A stretch of 58,011 bases of DNA, taken from positions 1 through 58,011 of the IMG/VR virus record IMGVR_UViG_3300033141_002284, one strand, 5' to 3'. A program made the position numbers and the translations under genes. Origin of the DNA: a virus. Its lineage: Duplodnaviria; Caudoviricetes. Shown here piece by piece: positions 37,798 to 47,862 of the stretch. Within the stretch, counting starts at the first letter, position 1. Every line of letters starts with the position of its first letter. The notes under the pieces are model-generated. The model worked only from the letters and a program-made list of their open reading frames with translations. It had not been told where the DNA came from and did not search any database.

Positions 37798-38115
37798 TTA
37801 TAATGTTTCTATCATTTTACCATCGTTGTTTAGTAAATATACATCTGCTCGTGGATCAAATGCTATTGCTAACTCTATTCCATTTCGCTTACAAAAGCAA
37901 ACAGTTATACCAGTATTGGCTGTAGGAATAGATATAAAATTCATATCTATTTCTACCCGCTCTCCTGATTCTTTTGATTCCTTTTTTCCTGTTGTATGAA
38001 AAACATCTCCATCCTCATTTACATAATATTGATCTTTACCAACCGCAATTTCGCTAATATTCTCATAATATTCCCACCGGTTTTTCCATTTTGGATTCTT
38101 AATCTTCAAAATCAT
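37798..38115 (-). CDS. Hypothetical phage protein
   Basis: C-terminal VYLLNNDGKMIETL; AGGAG SD. Confidence 0.65.
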   Translation of the reverse strand: MILKIKNPKWKNRWEYYENISEIAVGKDQYYVNEDGDVFHTTGKKESKESGERVEIDMNFISIPTANTGITVCFCKRNGIELAIAFDPRADVYLLNNDGKMIETL

Positions 38116-38183
38116 ATCTATCTCCTATCTATTTTCTGTCTGTCTGTTTCTCTGCCTGCTTAGCTATTATAAATAAATTTATT

Positions 38184-38420
38184 TTACGATTTAACCATCC
38201 TTATAATATCCTTAACCAGAGTTTCCGGCGTTATGCTATACTTCCGTCCAGCCCGATAATTTCTTTTAACACAAGCGCAAACAATCGGCGAACCATCAGA
38301 ATGTCCTCCCCTATATCCTCTACCATAACATTTTTTACAACTTCGGTCAGCATATTCCCGTAAATTTATTTCTTTAGTATTTTGATAGCTTCTTTCTGGT
38401 TTATTGGTTTCTGTTTGCAT
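38184..38420 (-). CDS. Small Zn-finger protein
   Basis: CKKCYGRG...CACV. Confidence 0.6.
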   Translation of the reverse strand: MQTETNKPERSYQNTKEINLREYADRSCKKCYGRGYRGGHSDGSPIVCACVKRNYRAGRKYSITPETLVKDIIRMVKS

Positions 38421-38818
38421 GGTATCTCCATCTCGATTAATGCCGGTTCTTTATTATTCCCTAAAAGTTTTTGTAAATCAAAATATTTAAACTTCCATTT
38501 TTTTATGTCTTTAATATATTTTATCGGCTTTTTATACCAGCATGATTTTAACCATGTAATTATTATTTTGTTTTTATATCGCCATAATTGCCCCACAAGT
38601 TGTGTTTGCACTTCATCATTAATTTTCTTAATAGATAATATATCGCAATAGCCCATTATTTTATTATCATGTTGGAAATACATTTTATCTCCTGGTGCCG
38701 TTTTTTTAGGCCGTTTATAGCATACATGAAAATGGTATCCTGGCTGTTTATTAAAATCTCTTTTATCATTTATTAATGCCTGGTATTCGCCTTCTTCAAT
38801 ATTTATTACTATATCCAT
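38366..38818 (-). CDS. Hypothetical protein, possibly PUA/EVE-like
   Basis: PGDKMYF....IMGYCDI. Confidence 0.45.
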   Translation of the reverse strand: MDIVINIEEGEYQALINDKRDFNKQPGYHFHVCYKRPKKTAPGDKMYFQHDNKIMGYCDILSIKKINDEVQTQLVGQLWRYKNKIIITWLKSCWYKKPIKYIKDIKKWKFKYFDLQKLLGNNKEPALIEMEIPCKQKPINQKEAIKILKK

Positions 38819-38821
38819 ATT

Positions 38822-39037
38822 TTACCCCTTAATCTCTTTTGAATTTTCTTTATCCCATGCGCCAATTATCTCAAATTCCGTTTTAGGATTATGCACCGAA
38901 TCTAATCCCGATCCCTTACAACATGGACAAATAATATTTATCCCAGTTAATTTATTATATTGATATTTTTTGCCACCACAACACGGGCAGAGAACTTGAA
39001 AATAATCTTCATTATTTGCTCTTATATCTTTTTTCAT
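38822..39037 (-). CDS. DnaJ-type Zn-finger small protein
   Basis: CPCCGG...CPCCKGSG; start re-set to MKKDIR. Confidence 0.55.
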   Translation of the reverse strand: MKKDIRANNEDYFQVLCPCCGGKKYQYNKLTGINIICPCCKGSGLDSVHNPKTEFEIIGAWDKENSKEIKG

Positions 39038-40590
39038 AACAATACTCCTTCCCCTTCTCTTGCCTCTTCGTAATCCTCTTCGATCAACGTCTCTACCGGC
39101 GCAATACAATATATAAAAGAATCCCCTTTATCTGGTGATCTACCCAATCGCTTTTTATAATCTTCTTTTAACTCCGCCTTTTCCCGACCATCACTATGAA
39201 TTTTATATTTCATTCCGCCAAGCTCTTCTATAAGCTCATCATCATCAGGAATTGAAATAACATTCCCCTCTTCAAATTGCCGCTTGAATATCGCCCTGGC
39301 ATGAAACCACATTTCCGATCTGAAATTATAAAACCTCTCATTATTTGCAGCGTTTTTAGCGCTCATCAATCCATAACAAGCATATCCCAATTCAGCCAAT
39401 CTGTCAAATACTCCACTACCAACCCCATCTGCATCAACCTTAATAACTGCCTGCACTACTGTCCGATCCGGCGTTATATTTCGCTCTAACATTTCATTAG
39501 CAATAATACCGACTGTCTCCATGGTATCTTTCTTGCCCCATACTTTTTGCGGATATACTGTCTTGCCCTTTAACTCGGTCAACACGCTTCTATCATCCCC
39601 AAATCTAGCTACATCCTGCCCAAATTCCCAAGGCCCTATATCATCTACCTCAGCATTAACAGCCGACATTATCCATGCCAATGGTATAATATTATCAGTA
39701 CCTTGCTCCCAAAAATTGCCAACAACCTTACATGACCACAAATCTAGCCGGTCTTCTTTCCATGCCTTCTCTCGGCCATTAATCCATTCATCATCGGCTA
39801 TTTGTATTTGTTTTTTTAATACCGCTGGCCATTCGGCTTTATTTTCAAACTTGCCATATTCATACAGTTTTTTATTGAGATATTTTTTATATTCTTTTTT
39901 GACTTTAGCAGGATTTATAAAAGGCGAATCCCAGGCCGACATATTAATGCACTTCCATTCTCTTCTTTTATCAGTGTGATGCTTCCGAAAAGGTGCCTGC
40001 TGATCTGCCCCATCGGTGGTTGATATTTCCAGCATTTTAGCCTGTCCGCCCATACTACCTTCAAGCGCATCATAAACCCATTGTGGGATTCCCTTTGCTT
40101 CATCTAAAATAAAAAGAATATGTGCACTATGCCAACCTTCTATTCTTGTGGCATTATCCGTAGCAAATCCAATCATATAGCTTTCAGGATTACATTTTAC
40201 TTCTACCTGAAGGCAGGTTCCCCGAAGCTGATTACCAACCCGCATATAAATTTCTCTGATCTCTTTCCATAAAAGTTTTTCTACTTGTCGAGTACCTGGG
40301 GCTGTGGTTACAACAATCGCATCTTCATGAAGATTAAGATATGTCACAGCAATAGCCGCTGCACATTTTGTTTTACTCATACTGTGAGCTGCTCTTATGC
40401 TTACTCTTTTATTATTCCATACAGCATCTATCGCCATCCGCATTCCAGACCATAATCTAATTCCAAGTTTATGCTCTATAAAAAAATCAGGATGTTGAAA
40501 ATAGGTATATTCTAGATCCGCTTGAGCTTTTGCTGTATCGGAAATTTGTTCTTCTTTAATTATTGGACGCAATAATGTCTTTTGGGACAT
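39034..40590 (-). CDS. terL: Terminase large subunit
   Basis: SIRAAHSMSKT (Walker A variant), FILDEAKG, GQDVARFGDD, VDADGVG, SPDKGDS. Confidence 0.93.
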   Translation of the reverse strand: MSQKTLLRPIIKEEQISDTAKAQADLEYTYFQHPDFFIEHKLGIRLWSGMRMAIDAVWNNKRVSIRAAHSMSKTKCAAAIAVTYLNLHEDAIVVTTAPGTRQVEKLLWKEIREIYMRVGNQLRGTCLQVEVKCNPESYMIGFATDNATRIEGWHSAHILFILDEAKGIPQWVYDALEGSMGGQAKMLEISTTDGADQQAPFRKHHTDKRREWKCINMSAWDSPFINPAKVKKEYKKYLNKKLYEYGKFENKAEWPAVLKKQIQIADDEWINGREKAWKEDRLDLWSCKVVGNFWEQGTDNIIPLAWIMSAVNAEVDDIGPWEFGQDVARFGDDRSVLTELKGKTVYPQKVWGKKDTMETVGIIANEMLERNITPDRTVVQAVIKVDADGVGSGVFDRLAELGYACYGLMSAKNAANNERFYNFRSEMWFHARAIFKRQFEEGNVISIPDDDELIEELGGMKYKIHSDGREKAELKEDYKKRLGRSPDKGDSFIYCIAPVETLIEEDYEEAREGEGVLL

Positions 40591-41083
40591 ATCCTAACTC
40601 TTTAGCCTTTTTGGCGGCATTTAACATTTCATCTATCGGCGAGGCTTTCTTGACTGTCATATCAATATCCTGTTTTATAGTCTCCCTCTTGCCATATATT
40701 TTGGGCTCCATCCTCTCAAGGAACCATGCGGCAGCAAACCAGTTGGTTTTTGCCGCCTCTTCGATAAGCAATACATTTCTTAAAATAGCCGCATGCCTAC
40801 CCCTTTTTACAATATCCAGGAAGTTTAAAAGCAGTTCTGCTTCATGTTTCTTTTTTAATGTCGCAAATTTAACTTCCCTTTTTTCCGATAGATCACTAGC
40901 TAAATTTTCAGCTTTGGTTTTCCAGTAATACCAGGTACTTCGGGGGATTCCTAATGTACCATATATTGTTTTATCGTAAAGTCCGACTTTACAATATTTG
41001 TCTATTTCTTTTAATAGAGTCTCGGTTAAGCATACTTTACGAGTTTTATATTTGATTGTTTTATTCTTTCCATTTTTTACCAT
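40556..41083 (-). CDS. terS: Terminase small subunit
   Basis: HTH LGIPRSTWYYW, NWFAAAWFLER..P..YG; directly upstream of TerL. Confidence 0.8.
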   Translation of the reverse strand: MVKNGKNKTIKYKTRKVCLTETLLKEIDKYCKVGLYDKTIYGTLGIPRSTWYYWKTKAENLASDLSEKREVKFATLKKKHEAELLLNFLDIVKRGRHAAILRNVLLIEEAAKTNWFAAAWFLERMEPKIYGKRETIKQDIDMTVKKASPIDEMLNAAKKAKELGYVPKDIIASNN

Positions 41084-42329
41084 TTAATTTAATATTAATC
41101 TCCCTTTTGTTTTGTTTACACCAATCTTTATATCGCTGAACTGTTACATTGCAATAGTGCGGCTCGATCTCCATGCCATAACATATCCGGTTGGTTTTCT
41201 CACAGGCTATGAGAGTGGAGCCTGAACCGAGGAAAGGATCAAGGATTGTTTTATAGGAATTAAATCGTCTGAAAATATTCTCAAAAAGGCCGACTGGTTT
41301 TTGAGTTGGATGCACTCTCTTCAACAGTTCATCAGTTCTATTTCCTTCACGGGAGAGGCCATTCCAGAGATATTTAAAAACCTTAATCCCGCCCTTTTGA
41401 AAAGAAGTCCAGGCCATTTCCGCTTCTGAGAAATTACCGGTCATTTCCTTATCCCAGATAAACCAACATCGGGAGATAGGAAGAAAATCGGTATAATAAT
41501 TCCCGCCCCATAGAACTATGTTTTTATATTTCAGATTTTTACAGATTTGATAAAAACGTTTTGTCGTTTCTGTAGAATCATCTCCTCTTATTTCGTAATA
41601 TTCTTTTGAATCAACTATATTCACACCACCAATCTTGCCCTTGAATTTTGTTTCACCACCTCCGCCTGTCTTTTTTGTCTTTACATTTACAGCATTAATC
41701 CCATAAGGCGGATCAGTGAATACCATATCCGCCTTCTGCCTCGCCATTAGCTTTTCAATCTGCTTTGCATCGGTGCTATCTCCACATAATACCCGATGTT
41801 TCCCAAGTTCCCATAAATCACCCATTTTGGTTATTGTTTTAACTTTTTCCGGTATTTCATCGTCATCAACGGTTTCTTCTTCTGGAAACACAATGTCAAC
41901 ATTAGGTATTTCTACTGTATTTAATAAAGAATCTACATCTAAATCGGCTTCATCAATAAAATCCATTAATCCTGCCTCGGTTATTATTCCGTATTGGCTG
42001 GCGATTCCCAACAGTTTTTCTTTTGCTTCTTTTTTATTGATTGCTTTTATATAATCAATTGGCAATTTTGCCGGTATTTTATATCCTTCCTTCTGCAATT
42101 CCAATAATGCCTTGACTCGACTATGTCCATCAAGAATATATGCCTTACTTTTATCAGATTTTTTCCAAATAAATATCGGTGCGCTGAAGTTGTTTTTGAT
42201 AATATTATTCTTTAGCTTTTGCATATTCTCAGGAGTTATCTTTTTTAGATCGCCCTGAAAGTTTATCAATTTATCAATCGGCAATAAATCAGCTCCTTTA
42301 CAAGCTGTCTTGATTTCCTTTACCATCAC
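41061..42329 (-). CDS. ParB-domain / DNA N6-N4 methyltransferase fusion
   Basis: ILDGHSR, GDLWELGKHRVLCGDS, FTDPPYG, HPTQKPV, LDPFLGSGSTLIA. Confidence 0.92.
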   Translation of the reverse strand: MMVKEIKTACKGADLLPIDKLINFQGDLKKITPENMQKLKNNIIKNNFSAPIFIWKKSDKSKAYILDGHSRVKALLELQKEGYKIPAKLPIDYIKAINKKEAKEKLLGIASQYGIITEAGLMDFIDEADLDVDSLLNTVEIPNVDIVFPEEETVDDDEIPEKVKTITKMGDLWELGKHRVLCGDSTDAKQIEKLMARQKADMVFTDPPYGINAVNVKTKKTGGGGETKFKGKIGGVNIVDSKEYYEIRGDDSTETTKRFYQICKNLKYKNIVLWGGNYYTDFLPISRCWFIWDKEMTGNFSEAEMAWTSFQKGGIKVFKYLWNGLSREGNRTDELLKRVHPTQKPVGLFENIFRRFNSYKTILDPFLGSGSTLIACEKTNRICYGMEIEPHYCNVTVQRYKDWCKQNKREINIKLNGKKWKE

Positions 42330-42500
42330 CTCGCCCTTGGTCTTAACGGTATTACTATCGGTATTCCTAATATTTGCAAATCTATAACAAATCCGTTTAT
42401 ATGAAATCTAAATATACGGAATTTATATCCAATCTCTTTCCAGCCAATCTCTAATAAATTAATTGTAAAGTGCCCTTTACGAATAATTATATCGAATATA

Positions 42501-43058
42501 CTAATCCAATATTGATTCTGCATAATCATCCTCCTCTTCATCCAGAACCATTGCTACTCTCGGCTTTCCATTAAGTTTATATGGCCGAACTTCTATGATC
42601 CTGGATGGTATTTTAAAAACCTCAAATTTTTGCTTTCTTAACGGTAAATATAATCCTTCATTCCTTAATTCTTCAAGTTGGCTTTTTAATATTGAGCAGC
42701 GCATTTCCCATGCCTTCATGTTTGGCTGGATAAAAAACAAATCAAATCCTATCCGATATAAATATATCCCAACTATTATCATTGGTGTAGTAAAAACCGA
42801 ATTTTTATTTATTAGACATAGATTGGTTATTTGATGTTCACTTAACTTCCGGAATGGGAAAGCTTGATAATTTTTAAGCATTTTTGTTTCATAAAAATAA
42901 GTAAATCCGTTTGCAACAGCAATTCCATCAAATGGCCGCCTAAGATTAAATCTCTGGTTTTCATCATTAGTAAATTGTGGATCGATTATTTTATAACTAA
43001 ATCCACCGGCATCTTTGAAATTCTTTACTATCAGACTATTAAGATTGCTCTCTTTCAT
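42501..43058 (-). CDS. RecU-like Holliday junction resolvase / PD-(D/E)XK nuclease
   Basis: RPFDGI......YETK, FPFRKLSEHQITNL. Confidence 0.7.
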   Translation of the reverse strand: MKESNLNSLIVKNFKDAGGFSYKIIDPQFTNDENQRFNLRRPFDGIAVANGFTYFYETKMLKNYQAFPFRKLSEHQITNLCLINKNSVFTTPMIIVGIYLYRIGFDLFFIQPNMKAWEMRCSILKSQLEELRNEGLYLPLRKQKFEVFKIPSRIIEVRPYKLNGKPRVAMVLDEEEDDYAESILD

Positions 43059-43060
43059 GA

Positions 43061-43438
43061 TTAATCCTTTAAAAGTTCCGGATTTTCATAAAAATTACCA
43101 ATAACAATACCATAAAAATCATAAAACATGGTTTCCAAAAAACTTCCTTTTGTTGGCCCTGGTCGATATAGGGCAAAATAGGGCGGACTCCATTCAACTA
43201 TATAAATAGTTCCATTAACATCTTTAACAATATCTTTTTCATATATCTCTTTGCTATTCTTGTCCTCGAGGCCGGTATAGAATGAGATTTCCAGATGATT
43301 CATGCCCCGCATATAATGATCATATCCACATTCAGTAAAACACCATGCCTCTCCGTCTTGGTCTATGTAAATATCATCATAATCCGTTTCCCAGCGCTTT
43401 TGTTTATCATTCCATACCCTAAACTTACTCTCTTTCAT
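43061..43438 (-). CDS. YopX family protein
   Basis: KFRVW, YTGLEDKNSKEIYEKDIV, VIGNFYENPELL. Confidence 0.9.
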   Translation of the reverse strand: MKESKFRVWNDKQKRWETDYDDIYIDQDGEAWCFTECGYDHYMRGMNHLEISFYTGLEDKNSKEIYEKDIVKDVNGTIYIVEWSPPYFALYRPGPTKGSFLETMFYDFYGIVIGNFYENPELLKD

Positions 43439-43703
43439 TCCTTTGCTCTCCGTATGCTTTTATTCTATGAGCTATCAAGTGATCTATTGTTGCATCAAGT
43501 CTCCGCATAGTCATTTCAGAATAAAATAAAAACATTAATTCTTCGCTTTCTGTTATTTTGTCAGGATGCTCAATTCCTAAAGATAATACAATATTATTAT
43601 AACCGGCATCTTTTAAAAAAATCATTATACTTTCTACTTTTATTTGTGCAGCTTTTTTAGTATTTTCTGGAACAAATCGATTTGTTAATAATTCAATTTT
43701 CAT
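43425..43703 (-). CDS. Hypothetical protein
   Basis: 92-aa ORF tiled between neighbours. Confidence 0.55.
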   Translation of the reverse strand: MKIELLTNRFVPENTKKAAQIKVESIMIFLKDAGYNNIVLSLGIEHPDKITESEELMFLFYSEMTMRRLDATIDHLIAHRIKAYGEQRNERE

Positions 43704-44846
43704 TTATTCCTTCGCTTTATATCCTGGATTCTCAAATTCAAAAGAACCGTATACTAAACCATAATCATCAGATTGCTTTAATTCTCTTCCTTTATGTGGC
43801 TGTACAGAATCCCATTGTGTACTCACATATAATTTAGTTGACGTTTTTTTTATACATGGTAGATAACCATATTCAATATCATCATTTAATTCTGGCAGAC
43901 GACGTCCTGTTGTATAATTCTCAATATAGCCATATCCAGTATGCATCGGCCATAATCTATTTAACATAGAAGGACAATAAATTGAATTTTGATTTATTAT
44001 TAGATCATCAACCAAATCTTCCTTTATCCATTTTCGCCAATCTAATTTCGTATTACCTATTGGCGGCCCCAATATCTCACCAGTAGGAATACCAATCGCT
44101 AAAGATTTATTTGCTTTATTAAGCTCTGGTCTTATTTCTTTGATAAATTTGGTTAAATATGAGCCAAGCAGACGGCGCCAACTAACCAAATCAAAATCGT
44201 CAATATAGATATCTTTACCGTAAAGCTCATAATATTCTTTTCTTACTGGCTCATTAAATCCAAACTGATCTGCAAATTCGGCCGGTTTTGATTGCGATCT
44301 TAAACAGATAAACAATCCATCAAAATCCGTATTTTCTATTGAGCTTAAAAAATATTCTCTGAAATATTTGCGGACTTCCGGATAAGATAAACTTAAAACA
44401 CCCCACTGTCTTTTCGTTCCGCTTCTATCTACCCTGGCATATTCAGGATGTTCATAAGAGAATCTACTCATACGAGTATTATATTGTGCTGTATCAGCAG
44501 AATGATAACTGACTTTCCGTTCTTTTAACGGCGGCAATGGCCAACCTTCGTCAAACAGGTGGACATACAAATAGATTTTCATTCCCACCCTATGAGCTAT
44601 TGCCGGTATTTCATGGTCTTCCCAATCTATAGGAATGGCTTTTTTCTTTTTACGGATTATATTATAGATTGAATTAAAATATTTGTTTTCCGCTTTTCTT
44701 GTTCCCCGCCAAAATATTTTATCAGCATTCAGTCTTTCTTTCCAAATTGCCATTCTCTGCTCAATAGCATCTAGGGTAATTAATTGTCCATCTCCATTTC
44801 CTCCATAAGTGCGATGATCCCCCCAAGATACATTTACTATATTCAT
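43704..44846 (-). CDS. Glycoside-hydrolase-like TIM-barrel protein (GHL10/DUF187-like)
   Basis: AHRVGMKIYLY, LSLSYPEVRKYF, DFDGLFI, LDWRKWIKEDLVD. Confidence 0.65.
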   Translation of the reverse strand: MNIVNVSWGDHRTYGGNGDGQLITLDAIEQRMAIWKERLNADKIFWRGTRKAENKYFNSIYNIIRKKKKAIPIDWEDHEIPAIAHRVGMKIYLYVHLFDEGWPLPPLKERKVSYHSADTAQYNTRMSRFSYEHPEYARVDRSGTKRQWGVLSLSYPEVRKYFREYFLSSIENTDFDGLFICLRSQSKPAEFADQFGFNEPVRKEYYELYGKDIYIDDFDLVSWRRLLGSYLTKFIKEIRPELNKANKSLAIGIPTGEILGPPIGNTKLDWRKWIKEDLVDDLIINQNSIYCPSMLNRLWPMHTGYGYIENYTTGRRLPELNDDIEYGYLPCIKKTSTKLYVSTQWDSVQPHKGRELKQSDDYGLVYGSFEFENPGYKAKE

Positions 44847-45556
44847 ATTTCAATTATCTCTTTGTAAGCTCTTTCAATATCGGAATATCTCTCTGGGAAA
44901 AACCCTAAGTAATCGATTACCATATTCATTATTGCCATTTCGAGCGGATAATCAATGTCAATCTTAATTGCTGTTTTTCCCGGCGGCATAATATCACTAC
45001 AATCAACCAATTTGATTAATGGATCACCTTCCTTAAGCACATAGCAACACCAATATTGTTCTTCCATTTTTGCTGGATCGGAACATTTTTTCATAGCCGC
45101 TATTTGTGATTCCATATATATTTTTTTTATACCGCCAGTATTATGCCCGCTTATTGGTGATCCCCAAGGACTATAACTACCATAAGTCCAATAGTCCGGT
45201 TCTCTCCTCATTGCATCAATAAGTCTTTGTGCTATTTCCAAATCAAAAAAAGGGCTATCTCCCGAAACTGTTAAAGCATGGGTAATGCCATATTCATTCC
45301 AAGTTTCCAAATGTCTACTTGCCAAATTGTGAACATCACCCCGGTAACATTCGACTTGATTATCATCACAAATATTTTGAATGACATCATCTGAAGTTAA
45401 ATAAGAGGTTGACACAACTATCCCATCAAGATTTTTAAGATTTTTGCACTTTACAATTATTTGTTCCAACATCGGTTTTCCGCCCAACATGGAAATAACC
45501 TTATTCGGAAATCTTTCTGAAGAACAACGTGCTGTTATTAATGCAAATAATTTCAT
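44843..45556 (-). CDS. SpsF/NeuA-like cytidylyltransferase
   Basis: ITARCSSERFPNKV...LGGKPML, VVSTS...DD, YRG, VSGDSPF.D, IDIDYP. Confidence 0.85.
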   Translation of the reverse strand: MKLFALITARCSSERFPNKVISMLGGKPMLEQIIVKCKNLKNLDGIVVSTSYLTSDDVIQNICDDNQVECYRGDVHNLASRHLETWNEYGITHALTVSGDSPFFDLEIAQRLIDAMRREPDYWTYGSYSPWGSPISGHNTGGIKKIYMESQIAAMKKCSDPAKMEEQYWCCYVLKEGDPLIKLVDCSDIMPPGKTAIKIDIDYPLEMAIMNMVIDYLGFFPERYSDIERAYKEIIEI

Positions 45557-46230
45557 AATTTTTCCATCTCCATAAATGCTTTTTCTATTTCCTCATATTT
45601 TTCTGGATAATGGCCGATATATTCAATTACTTTATTTAATATTGCAACATGCAAAGGATAAGCGATATTCAAATCTATTAAGTATTTATTTCGTAAATTA
45701 GGTTCCTTCCAATCATGCAGAATAAAACCATCTTTTTTGGATTGTTTGGATTGCCACCATAGTTCTTGATCGGTTCCAGTCTTTTTATATTCTTCTATTA
45801 TTTCCCTAGAAGGTATAGAATGCATAATGCCCTCCGAATGAACATAGGCATATCTATAATATGCATACCCTGGTTTTTTTCTTATTTCTCGAATCACTTC
45901 GTTCATTATTTTTATCTCAAATAATGGCCAATTAGCAGGCATCGGAATAAAATAATCAAGATCATATTTCACAACAGCTTCGTAATATCTTAATCCTCGA
46001 TCATCCGGCGGGCCCGTAATATATTGAATTCCATATCGCCCCGCAAGATTCATCAACCATTTGTCTTCTGGATAATAAGTAGTTGATAAAATTATTTCAT
46101 CAAGGCCCTTTAGTTTTACCAATCTTTCAATCACTCTTTCAATAATTGGTACTCCTCCCAGTTTGGCTTTAATCTTATCCGGCCATCGACCATAATTAGA
46201 CCTTGCTAATACTACAGCTCCTATTCTCAT
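45553..46230 (-). CDS. Degenerate SpsF-like cytidylyltransferase paralog
   Basis: LARSNYGRWPDKI...LGGVPII, ILSTT; ANWP and LNIAYP replace GDSP and DIDYP. Confidence 0.75.
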   Translation of the reverse strand: MRIGAVVLARSNYGRWPDKIKAKLGGVPIIERVIERLVKLKGLDEIILSTTYYPEDKWLMNLAGRYGIQYITGPPDDRGLRYYEAVVKYDLDYFIPMPANWPLFEIKIMNEVIREIRKKPGYAYYRYAYVHSEGIMHSIPSREIIEEYKKTGTDQELWWQSKQSKKDGFILHDWKEPNLRNKYLIDLNIAYPLHVAILNKVIEYIGHYPEKYEEIEKAFMEMEKL

Positions 46231-46472
46231 TTCTTTCTCCCCTCTGCAAAATCTTTTAATATTTTCCGCACTTGCTTTTTATAGTTTAAATATTCTTTTA
46301 AAACACCTCCACCAGTTATTATCAGTTTTATTAAATAAAATGGTATTGCCATAATTAAAACTGCCAAAAAACCTATTGCTATCGCAAACATCCCCACAAA
46401 TAAAAACGGCGATAATATTATAAAGGCTATTATCTCTTCTGTTTTAGATAATTTTTTATCTTCATTATCCAT
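46227..46472 (-). CDS. Small membrane protein
   Basis: Long hydrophobic stretch; C-terminus paralogous to 46465-46728. Confidence 0.6.
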   Translation of the reverse strand: MDNEDKKLSKTEEIIAFIILSPFLFVGMFAIAIGFLAVLIMAIPFYLIKLIITGGGVLKEYLNYKKQVRKILKDFAEGRKK

Positions 46473-46728
46473 TGTTTATTCCCTTGTTTTTTTCAAAATC
46501 TTTTAATATTTTGTGTCTCTGTTTTCTAAAATTTATATATTCTATTATAAAATCAACTCCGTCTTTTGTTAATATTATAATCGCTTTTGGTATCGTTATT
46601 ATTAAACACACAAAAATCATTGTTATCGCAATAATTAGAATAAATGGCAGTGCTATCGGCATCGGCACTAACAATATCCAAGCGACTAATGGGTAAGCTA
46701 ATGATATTTTATTTTTTTTATCTGTCAT
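46465..46728 (-). CDS. Small membrane protein
   Basis: Start re-set to MTDKKNK; EYINFRKQRHKILKDFE. Confidence 0.6.
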   Translation of the reverse strand: MTDKKNKISLAYPLVAWILLVPMPIALPFILIIAITMIFVCLIITIPKAIIILTKDGVDFIIEYINFRKQRHKILKDFEKNKGINNG

Positions 46729-46730
46729 AA

Positions 46731-47558
46731 TTACCCCTTTGTTACTCCCGAAAAAATATTCTTTAAAAAATGCTTTTGGAACATTGCAAATATTACTAAT
46801 GGCGGTAAAAAAGCGAATGTAGCACAAGCATTTTTCAATCCATAATGCTCAAGCCCGGATTTAAAAAGTATCTCTGCACTGGTTACTATTTTCAATATGC
46901 CGACCGGTAAAGTATATATATTTTCTGATTGTGCTATTATTAGCTGCCACATTAAGGCATTCCATCCGCCTATAAATCCGATTAAAAACATAGCCGCTGC
47001 CGGAGCCATCGATAAAGGTATTACTATTTTTATCAATTTTGTTATTTCTCCGGCTCCATCGATCTCTGCAATATCTAATAATTCATTCGGAAATGATTTT
47101 AAAAATTGCCGATAAAAAAATATATAAACTGGTGAAGCTAATCCTGGTATTACCATTCCTGCTAAAGAATCATATAGTCCCATTTTTTTAATCATTAGAA
47201 ATAACGGTATCATTTTACTCTGCATTGGCACCATTAAGGAAGCTAGAAATAACATAAAAATAGTTTCTTTGTAAGGTATTTGTTTTTTTGCGAAAGCATA
47301 TCCACTTAATATACTAAATGATGTTGCTCCGAAAGCCCCGGCAGCCGATACAATAAAACTATTAAAAGTCCATCTTAAAACCGGCCATTTAAACAAAGTT
47401 ATATAGTTATTGATTGTCGGCTTTCTTGGTAGTAATGTCGGCGGCATAGCAACGGCGCCCAATGCTGATTTAAAAGAGCCGCTTATCATCCATATGACTG
47501 GAAATAAAAGAATTAGTGCTAATAATATTATTATTGTTTGATTAATTGTTTTTAACAT
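46731..47558 (-). CDS. Carbohydrate ABC transporter permease (MalG-type)
   Basis: FNSFIVS, GYAFAK, EAA-loop ELLDIAEIDGAG, WN.LMWQ, FQKHF..GVTKG. Confidence 0.93.
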   Translation of the reverse strand: MLKTINQTIIILLALILLFPVIWMISGSFKSALGAVAMPPTLLPRKPTINNYITLFKWPVLRWTFNSFIVSAAGAFGATSFSILSGYAFAKKQIPYKETIFMLFLASLMVPMQSKMIPLFLMIKKMGLYDSLAGMVIPGLASPVYIFFYRQFLKSFPNELLDIAEIDGAGEITKLIKIVIPLSMAPAAAMFLIGFIGGWNALMWQLIIAQSENIYTLPVGILKIVTSAEILFKSGLEHYGLKNACATFAFLPPLVIFAMFQKHFLKNIFSGVTKG

Positions 47559-47745
47559 CTATTTTTCTTCTACTGTGAAACTGTTTGGATGCTAAAATCA
47601 TCATATATGCCATAGGATAAAAACCGACTATTTTATCAAATTTATCTTTTATTCTTTTCTTATCCCCATCTGAACTAAAATAATAATATGACAATAACGT
47701 AAACACACATCCCGCCCCTAATATAATACCTGGTATTATTCCCAT
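47542..47745 (-). CDS. Small membrane protein inserted between the permeases
   Basis: GGAGG SD; N-terminal TM. Confidence 0.5.
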   Translation of the reverse strand: MGIIPGIILGAGCVFTLLSYYYFSSDGDKKRIKDKFDKIVGFYPMAYMMILASKQFHSRRKIDVKNN

Positions 47746-47862
47746 AATGTGCCTCCCGTAAAAATTGTTTCTTCTTTTTCTTGCTCAAGAAAGTTTTCAT
47801 ATTCCCTTTGATTCATTTTCTTTAAATATTTTATACCGCAATTAGGACAATATAAATCATAT

